From the human T2T-CHM13v2.0 reference genome, Homo sapiens: DNA of 64,000 nucleotides. The notes under the pieces are model-generated. The model was not told the origin of the DNA, did no database searches, and saw only the letters and a list, made by a program, of their open reading frames with translations. Position 1 is the stretch's first letter. The number at the start of each line of letters is the position of its first letter. Shown here piece by piece: positions 17,091-32,900 of this stretch. Both the position numbers and the translations under genes were made by a program. The stretch lies in NCBI RefSeq assembly GCF_009914755.1, contig NC_060937.1; one strand, written 5' to 3'.

Positions 17091-19509
17091 TCACCATGGA
17101 AGCATGTCACCTGAGAGGGATGAGGCCATCTGGGAGGACTCGTGTCACTGGAGAGGACAGAGGTCACCTGGGAGACCTCCCTCAGGCCCTAGGGGATTTA
17201 GGGCGCAGAATCTGCACCCCTCCCCTGACCCTGGACAAGAGGGCTAAGCAAGTCCCCCACAACTCAGTTGAAAAGGGACCTGGAGGGACTTCTGCAGTGA
17301 GTGTCCAACCTCACATGGTCTGAAGGGGCAGAGGCAAGGGTCATTCACATCCCCTATCATGGGCCAGGCTGGAAAGGCCAGTGTGCCAGGCCTGGGGAAG
17401 CACCTGTGAACTGCACCCACCACAAGGGCAGGCGGTGGGCCACTGATCACCACACAATGGATCGTGTGATGGCCCAGGGGCTGCCTGCCAGGCACAGGAG
17501 GGCAGCTGGGTCCAGACCCTATGTGAGCAGCCCGTGCAGTGATCTCAGCAGCTCTCCCTGCCTGGAATGGTCTGGGAAGTGGGGGCCAAGCAGGAACAGC
17601 CACCTGGGTGACCTCCTCCCTGTCTACTGTTCTCTTACGGGGTTAAGGCAAAGGGGAAATTGGATCCCTGCCAGGTTTCCAATAAAGAGGCTTCCTCAGG
17701 ATTCAAACTCATTTCATGAGAAGAGCCTGGCCCCATCAGGCACCTCAGCAACTTGTCAAACATGTCTCCTGCAAGGACTATCCTGTGTGCAACACTGCTA
17801 AGCTCCTTGTTTTGGGCAGCACCAGGAGGGGAGGGTCATTTCTTCTTCTGAGACGTGGTGGTTGGGTCCAGGTGACATCCACAGTCTGGGCCCTGACCCC
17901 TTTCACTCTCAGCGGGACCCCTTGAGACACCAGCTTCCCTTCCTTGCTTGGGTGTCCACACCAGCAGTTCTACCTACTACATTATTACAGCCAGATCAGG
18001 ATCAATGTCCTCTCTCTGGAATAAATGCAGTGACCACTGTTCTTTGAGCATTATTTATCTTAAATTATTGTTTTAATTAGAAATGTATTTCACTTATATT
18101 AGCCAAATTTCCTTTCAATGTAACCAAATTTCTTTTAAGTGAAAATTAAATATTTACCTTCTGCTATCAAGCATTCTATGTACACAAAATGTTTATTTTT
18201 TTCAACTTTAGAAAAAATTGAAAATGTCTACATGTTACTAATCTAAAAATACAGGCTCTGGGTTTATATGGTGTTTACCTTTCTTCCAAATTTTAAGGAA
18301 TAGATATTTAAATGGCATCCACTTTGTTTTAAAATACATAAAATGTTTTAAGCTTTTGACCTCAAAATCTACAGTAGCAAAGCTACTCCGTAATGAATAA
18401 ACCACAGAATCAAAACAAAGAAAGATTCCACAGACCAGTCTAACCAACAGTACAATTATAAACTAGTTGTTCAAATATCAAAAACCAATTTCAATGACAA
18501 ATGAATGGTATGAAAACTCCACAAATGTCAAGTAGAATATATTATACTTGAATGAAATTATGAGTTGAGAGTAGGAAATCTATGTTTAACCAAGCAAATT
18601 AAATAATGTTTATGAGGAAATTATACTGCTAATGTTTTATTATTTGGCAAGCTATTCAGTGGAACACAAAGATATTCTTAATGAAGTCGAAAATATATTT
18701 TAAAATGTTACTGAAGTGGATTAAAAAATAATGAGGACATGAATAACTTTTAAAAGTATTCGGGGATAAAGAGAGAAAAATAAATTTAGATTTCATACAT
18801 ACATAAAATATATTTTAAAAGTTGTGTTTTCTGGTTGCTCAAATAAAAGGAGCAGATATTTAAATTCCATGCCTTTCATTTTAAAGTTTAGGAAATGCTT
18901 ATAGCTTTCCACACTGACATTTATACTGACACAGTTAATCTAATCGAGTGATAACAAAATCAAAACAAGCAGAATTCTCTTGAGCAATCTATTTTCTTGA
19001 TTTTTAAAAGTCAATGTACTCTCAAAGAAACAAAACTATTATTCGTGGATTCTGTTATTTGAAAACATTTACTGATCATTTACCTTACACCAAATGATCT
19101 CCAGCTCGTGGAAAAATATGTAAAGTTGCCCAGCTGCATTAAGCTTAAACTCTTCTGAAGGAGAAAAGAAGCAATGGAGTAGGGACATTAAAGCAGGAGT
19201 GTGGTGATATGGCTGAGACTTCTACTTGCACACTGTGGTAGCTGTGTGGAGAATGGATTGAAAAAAGGGCAATGACAGAAGCTTAAATTAGTATCAAATA
19301 TGGCAATCCTGTAAATTTAGGTGTCCTTGAAATAAGAATGTATAATAGTTCTCATTATTTCCCCAAGAAATCTCTGCACTTGGCCTTGTGAGGGAAGCGC
19401 TATAGTTACCAAGTGGTGGGGGTGGAAAGGTGAATTTGAAACAACATTTGGAATTACTACACTTTAAAGGTAAAGCTGACAGGAATTCCATACACGTCAG
19501 ATCTGAAAA

Positions 19510-19660
19510 TGTGTGTGTGTGTGTGTGTGTGTGTCTGTGTGTGTTTGTGTGTGTGTGAAGCAGGGAGAGAGAGCAAGAGTGAAAGTGAGCAAGAGAAGGA
19601 GGAGAGAGAGGGAGAGAATCAGACAGATACAGAAAGAGATTGACAAAGCTGCAGAGACAG
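19510..19660. repeat. (TG)n microsatellite and GA-rich low complexity
   Basis: Direct reading. Confidence 0.95.
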
Positions 19661-19679
19661 AATTAAAAGGGGACACCAA

Positions 19680-20220
19680 GAATATTGAGCTGAGAAACTA
19701 TAAAATGGGAGTTGCCGTTAAACAGAATGGGGAAGAGCAAATTTGGGGAGTTTCAGTGGCTCAATATAGACATATTAATTTTGAGATTCCTAACTGACAT
19801 CCACGTGGATAAGTCAGGGAGTGTTGGGTGTAGTGTCCAGTGTTTAGGTGTAATATGAAATATCAGGAAATTAATGACACAAACATTAGTAAGAAAGCAA
19901 AGATAAGAAGTCGAAGTCCTGAGCCTAATGGTCCTCTAATATTTAAAAAATGGAAAAGATGAAACCTGCAATAAAGGACTAGGGGTAATTATCAAAAACA
20001 TGGTGGGGGGAAAGTAGGTTAAGTATTCTGGAATTCTATAAAAAAGTTTTACAAAGAGAAGGTGGAGATCAACTGTGTGAAATGCTGCTGATATATAAAT
20101 TAAGACGAAGGCCGAGGAGTTATGGTTCAATTTATAGTTTAACAATATGGATAGCACTTATGTTTTGATACGAGCAGCTTCGTTGGAGTGAGTAGGTGAG
20201 AAATCATATTGGAGTGGTTG
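19680..20220 (+). mobile_element. Probable L2 remnant
   Basis: gatcaactgtgtgaaatgctgctga and ttttgagattcctaactgacatcca resemble L2 3' consensus. Confidence 0.55.
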
Positions 20221-20429
20221 CTGAAATGAAAGTCTGATCTCTGGATTCTTAAGGAAAAATTTTATTGGACTGCAGAGACATAAATTGGATTTTTAATTCT
20301 GGGGTCAGGATGTGCTCAGTAAACATGCGCCCATTAATGCCTCCTCGCATTTTTTTAGCTCGGTATTCTGTTATCTTTTAATAATATAATAATGACTTGC
20401 AAAACCTACACCCATTTTGCAGCAAACCG

Positions 20430-20630
<201 letters not shown>

Positions 20631-20639
20631 AGAAAACCC

Positions 20640-20936
20640 AGCCAAGTGCGGTGGCTCATGATTGTAATCCCAGGGCTTTGGGAGGCTGAGACAGGTCGAC
20701 CATCTGAGGTCAGGATTGAGAACAGCCTGGCCAACATGGTGAAACCCTGTCTTTACTAAACATACAAAAATTAGCTGGGTGTGGTGGGGGACACCTATAG
20801 TCCCAGCTACTTGAGAGGCCAAAGCAGGAGAATCACTTGAACCTGGAAGGCAAAGACTGCAGTGAGCTAAGATCACGCCACAGCACTACAGCCTGGGTGA
20901 CGGGGTGAGACTGCCTCAAAAACAAAAACAAAAAAC
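20640..20936 (+). mobile_element. Alu (S-like)
   Basis: Alu dimer, aaaaccc on both flanks. Confidence 0.92.
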
Positions 20937-21239
20937 CCTTTTAATTGACAAATTTTACAAAGACTGATACTAGAGGTTGTTGGACAGGCCATTGTCCCAC
21001 ATAATATCTTAAGAGTTGCCGATGCACAAGTAAGATGGTAAAATGCCTTTGAAAAACTGACCATACCTGCTATACTTAAATATTCAGATACAAAACTCCC
21101 AGAAATTCCATCTTGTCATTTATTTCCACAAGAAAAAACAAGAGACCTGTATTAAAATATCCATTTCTATTAAAAATAATCACACTAGGTTTCTTCAAAT
21201 TTTTGTATTAGTAGCTCTTGTTTTCAGCAGTACAACTTC

Positions 21240-21818
<579 letters not shown>

Positions 21819-22499
21819 ATTTTGTATTTTTTAATCTACAAAACTCTAAGAACACATATTTTAAATAAATTTGTACATTCAGTGCCTAGAACAAAACCAG
21901 CATTTTGTAGATTCCAAAGAATTATTTGTTCTATAAATGATGAATAACTTAAATAAGTTATTATTTATAACATCTATATACAAACAATATATTACCTGAG
22001 AATACAGTGATAACATTTGTTTTGTATAAAATGATTGCAATCTCAGTTAAAAAATATTTTTTGCATGAGTTATTATCATATGCAGATGCTCACATTGTTT
22101 TGTTTAGATGAAAATGTTTGTAACTACTACGCACATTTTTGTTACTTAAGCCTTTTGGTCTTGCTGCCGTAGCAAATACCGTGCCTCTTAAGAACATGAA
22201 CCTGTTTTTCTTCATTTTTTAGCAGATTTCTTAATGAAATATATAGCATACTATTTTGTTTAACACATAAGCAGACACCCTGTCGAAGCAAAGAGACATC
22301 TACTCCACCATTACCACCCATCCCTCTGCTAACGTGGCTGCTGAAGATGTTACCTAGAGCAGAGGACTTTGTGTTCAGCTTAAGCACTTTGTATCCTTTA
22401 TTTTCAATTGGGTAGGAGATAAAATAATTCAGCAGCAATAAAAGTCACACTTCTTAAAGTTGCAGTCTCACCAATGCACCACAATGTAGCAGTCTCTCT

Positions 22500-23050
22500 T
22501 ATGAGGTATCACGTGGAGTTCTTCATCTCACCACCAAGATGATTAAGGAACAGGGACACACGGGTGAGGTTGGAGTGAAAGTTTAATAAGCAAAAGGAGG
22601 AAGCTCTCTGCAGCAGACAAGAGAGTCCAACTGGATTGCCGTTTTTACTGTTGAATCAAAAAGCTTTTATAAGAAACTCCTCTCAGCTCTATATAAAACT
22701 GTCTGCACAATTCCCTTTATATATCCAGCTGTGGGTATGTGTCTAGTCAAGCACAAAGTGGGCTTCTCTTGTTTGTATAACTGTGGGTTTGTTTTAGATA
22801 AGCCCCCCTCCTCCCTGTGCAAGTTCCCACAGAGGCCGCCATGTATATGCCTGAAAAAGGGAGGAAAATTTTACCTGGGAGCTTGCCAATTACACAAAGA
22901 ACAGAAGGCATGTGTGCTGGACCTTGCATGCTTATCTGTTCAGGACTTATCTGTAGGTGCAGTAGTTGTGATTTTTCAGGCAGACAGCTTCCCTGAGGAC
23001 CAGTCTCTTACTTGTTTACTCAACTAATTTTCCTTTCCTTCTCCCTCAAC
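22500..23050 (-). mobile_element. ERV1 solo LTR (MER61-like)
   Basis: Minus strand starts tgttgagggagaaggaaaggaaaattag; reverse ATTAAA near 22583; subfamily from recall. Confidence 0.55.
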
Positions 23051-23519
23051 ATTATGCAGCAAAACAGAGTACACTTCTCTTTCCCAGTAAACCAGGTTGG
23101 TACTCCACTCTGAATACTTGTATTATTGGATTTCTTAGAAAAAAATATTTGGGATCATAATTTAGATGCCATCAAACAATGAACAAAAACATGCTACTTC
23201 GTTTCCCTTCTCTTCTCTTGTTACCAGACAATAGCTAGTTTTCTTTTCTCTCCAACCCCTTTTTTCTGTGCTTCTACCTGATTTTTGAAAAACTTCTACA
23301 CATTTCCAATCTTAGTATAGCAGACATCAAATATGTGGTCAAACTACATACATAGGAAGAATAGAATTATATAATTATATTCAAGCATTTTAAAATAATT
23401 CCCCTTCAGTTTGTTTTGCAGTTATTTTACATAATCAAATGTCTTCCTGATATACTTTCCAACCCAGTGGTTGTCAAGCTCTGCTTTGTTTTCTAATTGC
23501 ATCATAATTATCCACAAGT

Positions 23520-23813
<294 letters not shown>

Positions 23814-24284
23814 TAAATCAGCACAACTCAAGATTTAAGAAATAAAACTTTCCAAGAGAAGAAACCCAGGAATATGCATTGAAAATGTCTCCCTCAGGTG
23901 ATTCTGATGTGATATGCGATCTGAGTTTAAAATGCAAGGAAAATTACCTTCCCTGCCCTCCAGTTGGCCCTTATGTCCAGATGTCCCTCTTCCCCTTTCT
24001 CATTGTGCTCTCTCCTTCTGTGCCTTTATTCTATTCTCTCTCCACTTCTCATCCAGATGCCAAGCCCTCTTCCATCAATTGTCTTAAAACTCCAAATGGT
24101 CAGTTGCCTCTAAACTTTCCTCTGTCCCATGAACAAGTTATGCAGGCAAATGTAGAATTTAAGCTTGGACCAAGCTGAATCAAGAGCTGCAATTAACGGT
24201 TTCCCTAAGCCCAGAGGGGACCAGCGAATACTTATAGAAGATTTTGGATTTCCTCTGAATGCATAAGGCTCTGGGTAACCTGAT

Positions 24285-24640
24285 TCTATAGACCAAATGT
24301 TATTGTCCCACTCAAATTCAAGTGCTGATATCTAATTCCCTATGTGATGATATTTGGAGGTAGGGCCTTGGGGAATGATTAGCTCATGAAGGCAGGGGCC
24401 ACAGGAGTGGGATTAGTAGCCCCTATTGAAGACACCATAGAGAGCTCTCTCATCCCTTCTGTCATGTGAGAACATGGTAGAAACATGGCTGTCTATGAAC
24501 CACAAAGCAAGCCCACACCAGACATGGAATCTGCTAACCACTTGACCTTGAATTTTGCCATCTCCAAAACTGAAAGAAACAAATTGGTTTATAAGCTTCC
24601 TCATCTATGGCATTCTGTTTTGACCCCAGATTAGCTAAAA
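24285..24640 (+). mobile_element. MaLR solo LTR (MSTD/MLT1A-like)
   Basis: gtgatgatatttggaggtagggccttgggg...gaatctgctaaccacttgaccttgaatttt motifs. Confidence 0.7.
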
Positions 24641-24949
24641 ACACCAAAATATCAACTTGTACACCAAATTTTCGAAATGGATGCTAAAACTTTGATGGCA
24701 AAAGGTGACTGATCTGCCTGAGAAATGAAGCTACATGATCCCTCTTTCCACAAAGCTGGAGGGAGAGTCAACACAAGCAAAAATAGGTCAAATTCTTCTA
24801 AAAGCCATACCTGAAGGGTTTTCAATATCACTTGATCAGATCGTAATTTAATCACACAAAGAGCCATAACAAAACACACAACTATCAGAGGTTTTCAATG
24901 TCACCTTAAAAACATCATCTACAATATTAGGGAGTGAAAGAAGTCATGG

Positions 24950-26165
<1,216 letters not shown>

Positions 26166-26244
26166 CTTGCTGTCTTGAGCATCTCCCATCAAGTGAGCTG
26201 GCTATGGGGCTAACTCTAGGATGTGGGTGCCTGGTTATCGGGAT

Positions 26245-26824
<580 letters not shown>

Positions 26825-26989
26825 GGTTACCAGAATTCTAAGTTCCGTTAGGGTCTGTTGCCAAGGAAGTGAGGTCGCTTCTTTAAGGTTCCGTCCCCTT
26901 GGCCTCCTCCTTCCTGAAGACCTACTCAGGACCCCAGTGGGCTGCTGACTGCTCACCTTCCCCACAGGTCAACTCCTTACCTGTACACA

Positions 26990-29900
26990 GTTATGTCCAC
27001 CCAGGGCCTGCTTGGACACCTGCACCTGATGTTCACCAGGGGCCTAGGAATCCACTTGGGGCCTGGGAACCTACAGGGGCCTAATGTTACCCTGCAGATT
27101 GGGTAGCCACCTGGGGACCAGGCATCAACCTGGGTACTGTGGTTGACCTGTGGGCTAATGTCCAGATGGGGACTGGTTATTCACCTGAGGCCTGATGCGT
27201 ACCTGGGGCCGAATGTCCCCCTCAGGGTGAATTCCACCTCAGGCCTGTATGTCCACCTGGGGCCTGATGTCTGCCTTAGATCTGTGTCCCACTGGGGCCT
27301 TGTGTTCACCAGGGACTGGTATCCAGCTGTGGCCTGATGACCTACTGCATCCTGTTGCTCACCTATGGCCTGGTGTATACCTGGGGCTTGGTGATCACCT
27401 GGGAGCTGGATATCAACCTGGGGCCTGGGTGTCCACTTAAGGCCTGATGTGGGCCTGGGGCCTGACTGTCCACCCGGGGACTGGGTGTCCACCTGGGGTC
27501 TGATGTCCACCTGAAGTTAGGTATCTACCTAAGGCTTGGTGTCTACCTGTGCCCTGATGTCCACATGAGTCTGGGGTTTGGTTGGGGCCTGCTGTACATC
27601 TGGGACCTTGGTGTCTATCTGAGGCCTGATGTCTACCTGGTGACTGCCATCCTCTTGAGGCCTGCTATCCACCTGGGAATGGTTTATCCATGGAAATGGT
27701 TATGTCCACATGGGGCTGGATGTTGCCCAGCGGCTAGATGTCCACCTGTGGCCCCGTGTCCACCTGGGGCATGGTGTTCACCTGAGACCCGGGTGTTTAC
27801 ATAGGGTCTCATGTCCAGCTGGTGCCTAGGTGCCCACTGGGGGCCTTGTGTTAACCTGGGGACTGGTATCCAGCTGGGTCCTAATGACCACCTGGGTTGA
27901 ATTATTCACCTAGAGTTTGGTATTCACTTAGGGCTTGAGTGTCAGCCTTGGACCTGGTGTCCACCTGGGCCTTGGGTATCAAACTAGGGGTTTGGTATCC
28001 AGTTGAGACATCATTTGCACCTGGGGTCTGAGTGTTCGCATGAGGCCAGATGACCACTGGGGGCCTGAATGTCAACCTGGGTTCTGAAATTCACTGGAAG
28101 CCTAGGTATCTAGCTGGGGCCTGATGTCCACCTGGGACTAGGTGTCAACATGTGGCCTGATGTAAACCTCTAGTTGACTGTCCACCTTGGGCCTGATGTC
28201 CACTGGGGGACTGATGTTCCCCTTTGATCTGATGTCTACCTGGAAACCGTGTATTCACCTATGGCCTGATGGTCACCTGGGGTTGAATGTCCAACTGTGG
28301 CCAGATGTGCACCCGGATCCTGGGCATCCACCTGGGGCCTGATGTTCATCTGGGGCCTGGAGTTCACCTGAGGCACGATGTCCACCTGAAGCCTAATGTG
28401 CATCTGAGTGCTGAGTCTAATGTACTCCTGGGTTCTAGTGTCCTCTTGGGACCTGATGTCTACCAGATCCTGGTATCCACTTGGGGCCTGGTATCCACCT
28501 AGGACTTGATATTCACCTGGGGCCTGGGAATCCACTTGATAACTGGTGCCCATCAGGGTCCTATGTTCACCTTGGGACTGGGTAACCACCTGAGGCCTGA
28601 TGTCCACTTAGGGCATAAGTGTTTAGCTGGGGTCTAGTGTTCACATAGGGTCTGATGTCAACCTTCAGCCCAGGTATTCACCAGGAGACTAGTGTCCAGC
28701 TGGGACCAGATGTTCACTTGGGGCCTGGTGTCAACTTGAAGCATGGTTGTCAACCTAGGACCTGATGTCTAGTCCAGTGTCCACCTTGGGCCTGTTTACT
28801 ACCCGGGGCCTGTGTGTCCACATAGACCCCGATGTCAATCTGGGGCCTGGGTATTTACCGGAGGCCTGGGTATTCATTGGTACATTATGTCTACTGGAGT
28901 CTTTGTGTCAATCTGAGCTCTGATGTCCACTTAGAGATTGGGTATCCACCTAAGGACTGTTGTTTACATGGGGCCTGTAACACGAGGTTCCAGATGAACT
29001 CAGATATCCACCTGAGGCCTGATGTCCACCTGAGTTCTGAGTGTTAACACAGGGCCTGCTGTCAACCTGGGACCTAAGTATTTACCTAGGGCCTGGGTGT
29101 CCACCTGGGGCCTGACTTCCAAATAGATCTTGTGTCAACAGGTGGCCTGATGTGCACTTTGGGCCTAGGTAACTTCCTGATGACTAATGCCCACATGGCT
29201 CCTAAGGACCATCTGAGGCCTGGTATTAATTTAGAGACTGGTATACACCTGGAGTCCAGGTATCCACTTGGGACCTGATGTTCACCTGGAGTGTACGAAT
29301 TCACGTGGGGCCTGGTGTCCACCTTGAGTGTGTGTATCGAATTGAGTGCCGGTGTCCACCTGGAGTCCAGTGTATACCCGGGGACTGATGTACACATGGG
29401 GCCTGGGCATCCATCTAGGACCTGATATTCAGATAAGGGCTGGCGTTCTCCTGGCCTGGTGTCCACATGGAGCCTGGATATACACTTGGAGCCTGATGTC
29501 CCAGGTGGATACGTGGGCCCCAGTGGTCATCAGATCCTAGGAAACTCTCAGGCCCCAGGTGCACATAAAACTCCAAGTGACCACCTAGGCCACAGGTTGA
29601 TACACAGGGTCCAGGTGGACACTGGGTGCAAGATGAACACCAGGCCCCTGGTGAACACAAAGCCCCAGGTGTCTACCTAGTCCTCAAGTGGACACCAGGC
29701 ACTAGATTGACACACAGGTACCAGGTGGACATCAGGCTGCAGGTGAACATCAGGCCTCAGGTGGTTGGGTTACTTATAGCATAGGTGGTCATCAGGTCCC
29801 AGGTCTATATCCACTCCCCACCTGAAAATCAGGATCCAGGTGGATACCCATATTCTAGGTGAACACCAGTTTCCAAATGGACATCAGGCTCCAAGTGAAC

Positions 29901-32900
29901 ACACAGGCCCCAGTTCAATACCAGCCTCAGGTAGACATCAGGACCCAGGTGGACCCCAGGCTCAATGTGCATGCCTAGTCTCTTGGAATACATCATTTTC
30001 AAGGTGGACACCCAGATTCCTCATAGATATCTGGTGCCAGGTGGATATCTGGCTGCAGGAGGACATCAGGCCCCAGGTGGAGACCCAGTACACAGGTGTA
30101 AATCAGGCTCCAGTATTTCATCAGGCCCCAGTTAAACACTTGACTAAAGGTGTGCATCAAGACCCAGGTTGACACCCAGGCTTCAGTGCACACTAGGCCC
30201 AAAGTGTACACCTGTGCCAAGGTGGGCATCATGCCCAAGGTGTACACCAGACTCCAAGTGGACATCAGGTTCCAGGTTGACACCAGTCTCTAAGTAGATC
30301 CTTAAGCCCCAATTGGTCATCAGGCCCAAGGTGGATAGATTGACCCCAGGAGGTCTCCAGGTCCCAGGCAGGCCTCAGGTGGACACTAAGCCCTAGATTA
30401 ACACAAGGTCTGAGATGGTTTCAGCCCCTGTGTGGACTTTAGTCATAAGGAGCTTACCTAGGCCCTAAGAGGACATCAGGCCCCAGGTTGACACAATGAA
30501 CCATGTAGAAGTCAAGCTCTAAGTAGACACCCAGGCCCTAGGTAAATACTTTGGTCCCAAGCCAACATCAGGCCCTATGTGGACACCCAGACTCCAGGCA
30601 GATGTCAGGCCCCAGGTGAACACTGAACTCAGGGTGGTCATCAGGCCCTAGGTTGACACATAGGCCACAGGTAGACAACAGGCATAGGTGAACTTCAGGC
30701 TAAATATGAACGTCGGGCTCCAGGAAGAAGTCTGTGCCCCAGTTAAACAGCGGGTCTTAGGTAGACATCAGGCTTCAAATGGATGCCCATGCCCCAGGTG
30801 GATATAAGGCCTCAGGCAAACACCAGATCCCAGGTAGACATTAGACACAAGATGGACACTCAGGCCACAAGTGAACATCTGTTCCCAGATGGACATCCAT
30901 CCCAAGGTGGACATCAGGCCAGAGATGTACACCCAGGCCCCAGGAGAACCCCAGGCCCCAGGAGGACACTCAACCGCCAGAAGGACACCCAGTCCCTAGG
31001 TAACTAAAAGGCCCCAAGTGGACATGATGTTTCAGATGGATATGAGGCCCCAAGTGGATACTAGGCCCAGGTGGACCCCAGGTCTCAGGGGCACACCATG
31101 CCCCAGGGGAACACCAGGCCCTGGGTAAGCATGCAGTCCCAGGTGGACATCAGGTGCCAGGAGGACACCAGGACCCAGTTGGTCATCAAGCCACAGCTGA
31201 ACACCAGTTCCCCATGAACACCAGTCCTCAGGTGGGCACCTAGTCCTCCCGTGTGCATCAGGTGCCAGGCTGACGTAGGCACCAGCTGAACTCTGGGCCT
31301 CAGGTGAACATCAGATCCCAGGTTGTCACCCAGGCCCCAAGTGAATACCAGGTTTTAGGTGGACACGAGGTCCTAGGTGGATGTCTATGCTCCTGGTGAA
31401 CCTCAGGCCCTAGTGGACACTCAGGTCCTTTATAGACATCTGGCTCCTTGTGCACTCCCAGGGCCCAGGTAGACATGAGGCCCCAGAGGAAAACCAGTCC
31501 TTAGTCATCTAACACTGAATTCCCCTAGGGCTGGAGACTGAGTATTCACCTTGGGCCTAGGAATCTACTTGGGGACAGATGTTGATCTGGGGCCTGATGT
31601 CTACTCAGGTTCAGCTGTCCACTTAGGGTGGGGTGTTTTTCTGGGACCCAGAGTCTACCTGAAATCTTGGTATCAACCTGGGGCCTATGTGTCCACTTGG
31701 AGTCTGATGTGCACTTGAAGCCTGAATTTTCACCTAGGATCTGATGAGCACTTGGGGCGCAGGTTTCTATCTGAAAATCAGGCTCTAGTTATACATCTGG
31801 GCCCCAGGTATACCCTGGACACCGAAAGAACTCCAGCCCCTATCTTAACATGAGGTCCTAGGTGGATGCCCAGGCGTCATGTCTACATTAGGCCTCAGGT
31901 AGACACGACTCCAGGCGGGCATCAGGCCTGATATTGGCTCTATGTCTCCACCCAAATCTCATGTTGAATTGTAATCCCCATGGGTTGAAGAAGGGGCGTG
32001 GTGAGAGGTGATTGAATCATGGGGGCAGACTTCCCACTTGCTCTTCTCGTGATAGACTTCTTACGAGATCTGGTTATTTGAAAGTGTGTAGCACATCCCC
32101 CTTCTCTCTCCCTCCTCCTCCCCCATGGTAAAAAGGGCTTGCTTCCTCTTGGCTTTACATCATGATTGTAAGTGTCCCGGGCCCGCCCAGTCATGCTCCC
32201 TATTAAGCCTGAAGAACTGTGGGTCAGTTAAACCTCTTTTCCTCATAAGTTGCCCAATATCAGGTAGTTTTTTATAACAGTGTGAAAATGGACTAATACA
32301 AGACCTTAGGATAACAACCATGCTTCAGGCCATAGGTGGACATCTGGCTGCAACTGGACACTATTCCCCAGGTGGATACCTAGGCTCAAGGTTGACATTA
32401 GTCCCCAGGTAAACAACAAGCCCCAGGTGAATACCTATGCCCTAAGTAGACATCAGGCCTCAAGCTGACACTCAGTCTAAGCTCAACATTAGGCTCAGGT
32501 GGACACCCAGACTCCAGGTGGATACTAGACCCCAGGGGTACACCAGACTCCTGGTAAGCATAAGGCCCCAGGAGGACACTAGAATCCAGGTGTACATAAA
32601 GCCACTTGTTGACTCCAAGCCCTCAGATGAACACCAGGCCAACTAGTGGACGTTAGGCACATGAGAATACTTGGGCACCAGGCAGGTATCAGGCCCCGGG
32701 TAAACATCAAACTTCAGGTGGACATCGTTCTCCATGTAAACTCTAGCCCCAGCTAAACATCAGGCTCCAGGTGGAAGCCCAGACCCCAGGTGCACTTCTG
32801 GCCACAGTTGGACATCTGTCCCCAGGTGAATATCAGACCATGGATGGATAGCAAGTCCCCAGGTGGACATCAGGTCAAAAGAGAATATAAGTCTCTAGGA

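Noticed and set aside
22142-22438. 98-aa minus-strand ORF
   Set aside because: Non-ATG start, no recognisable homology, no splice context; probably decayed repeat or chance.
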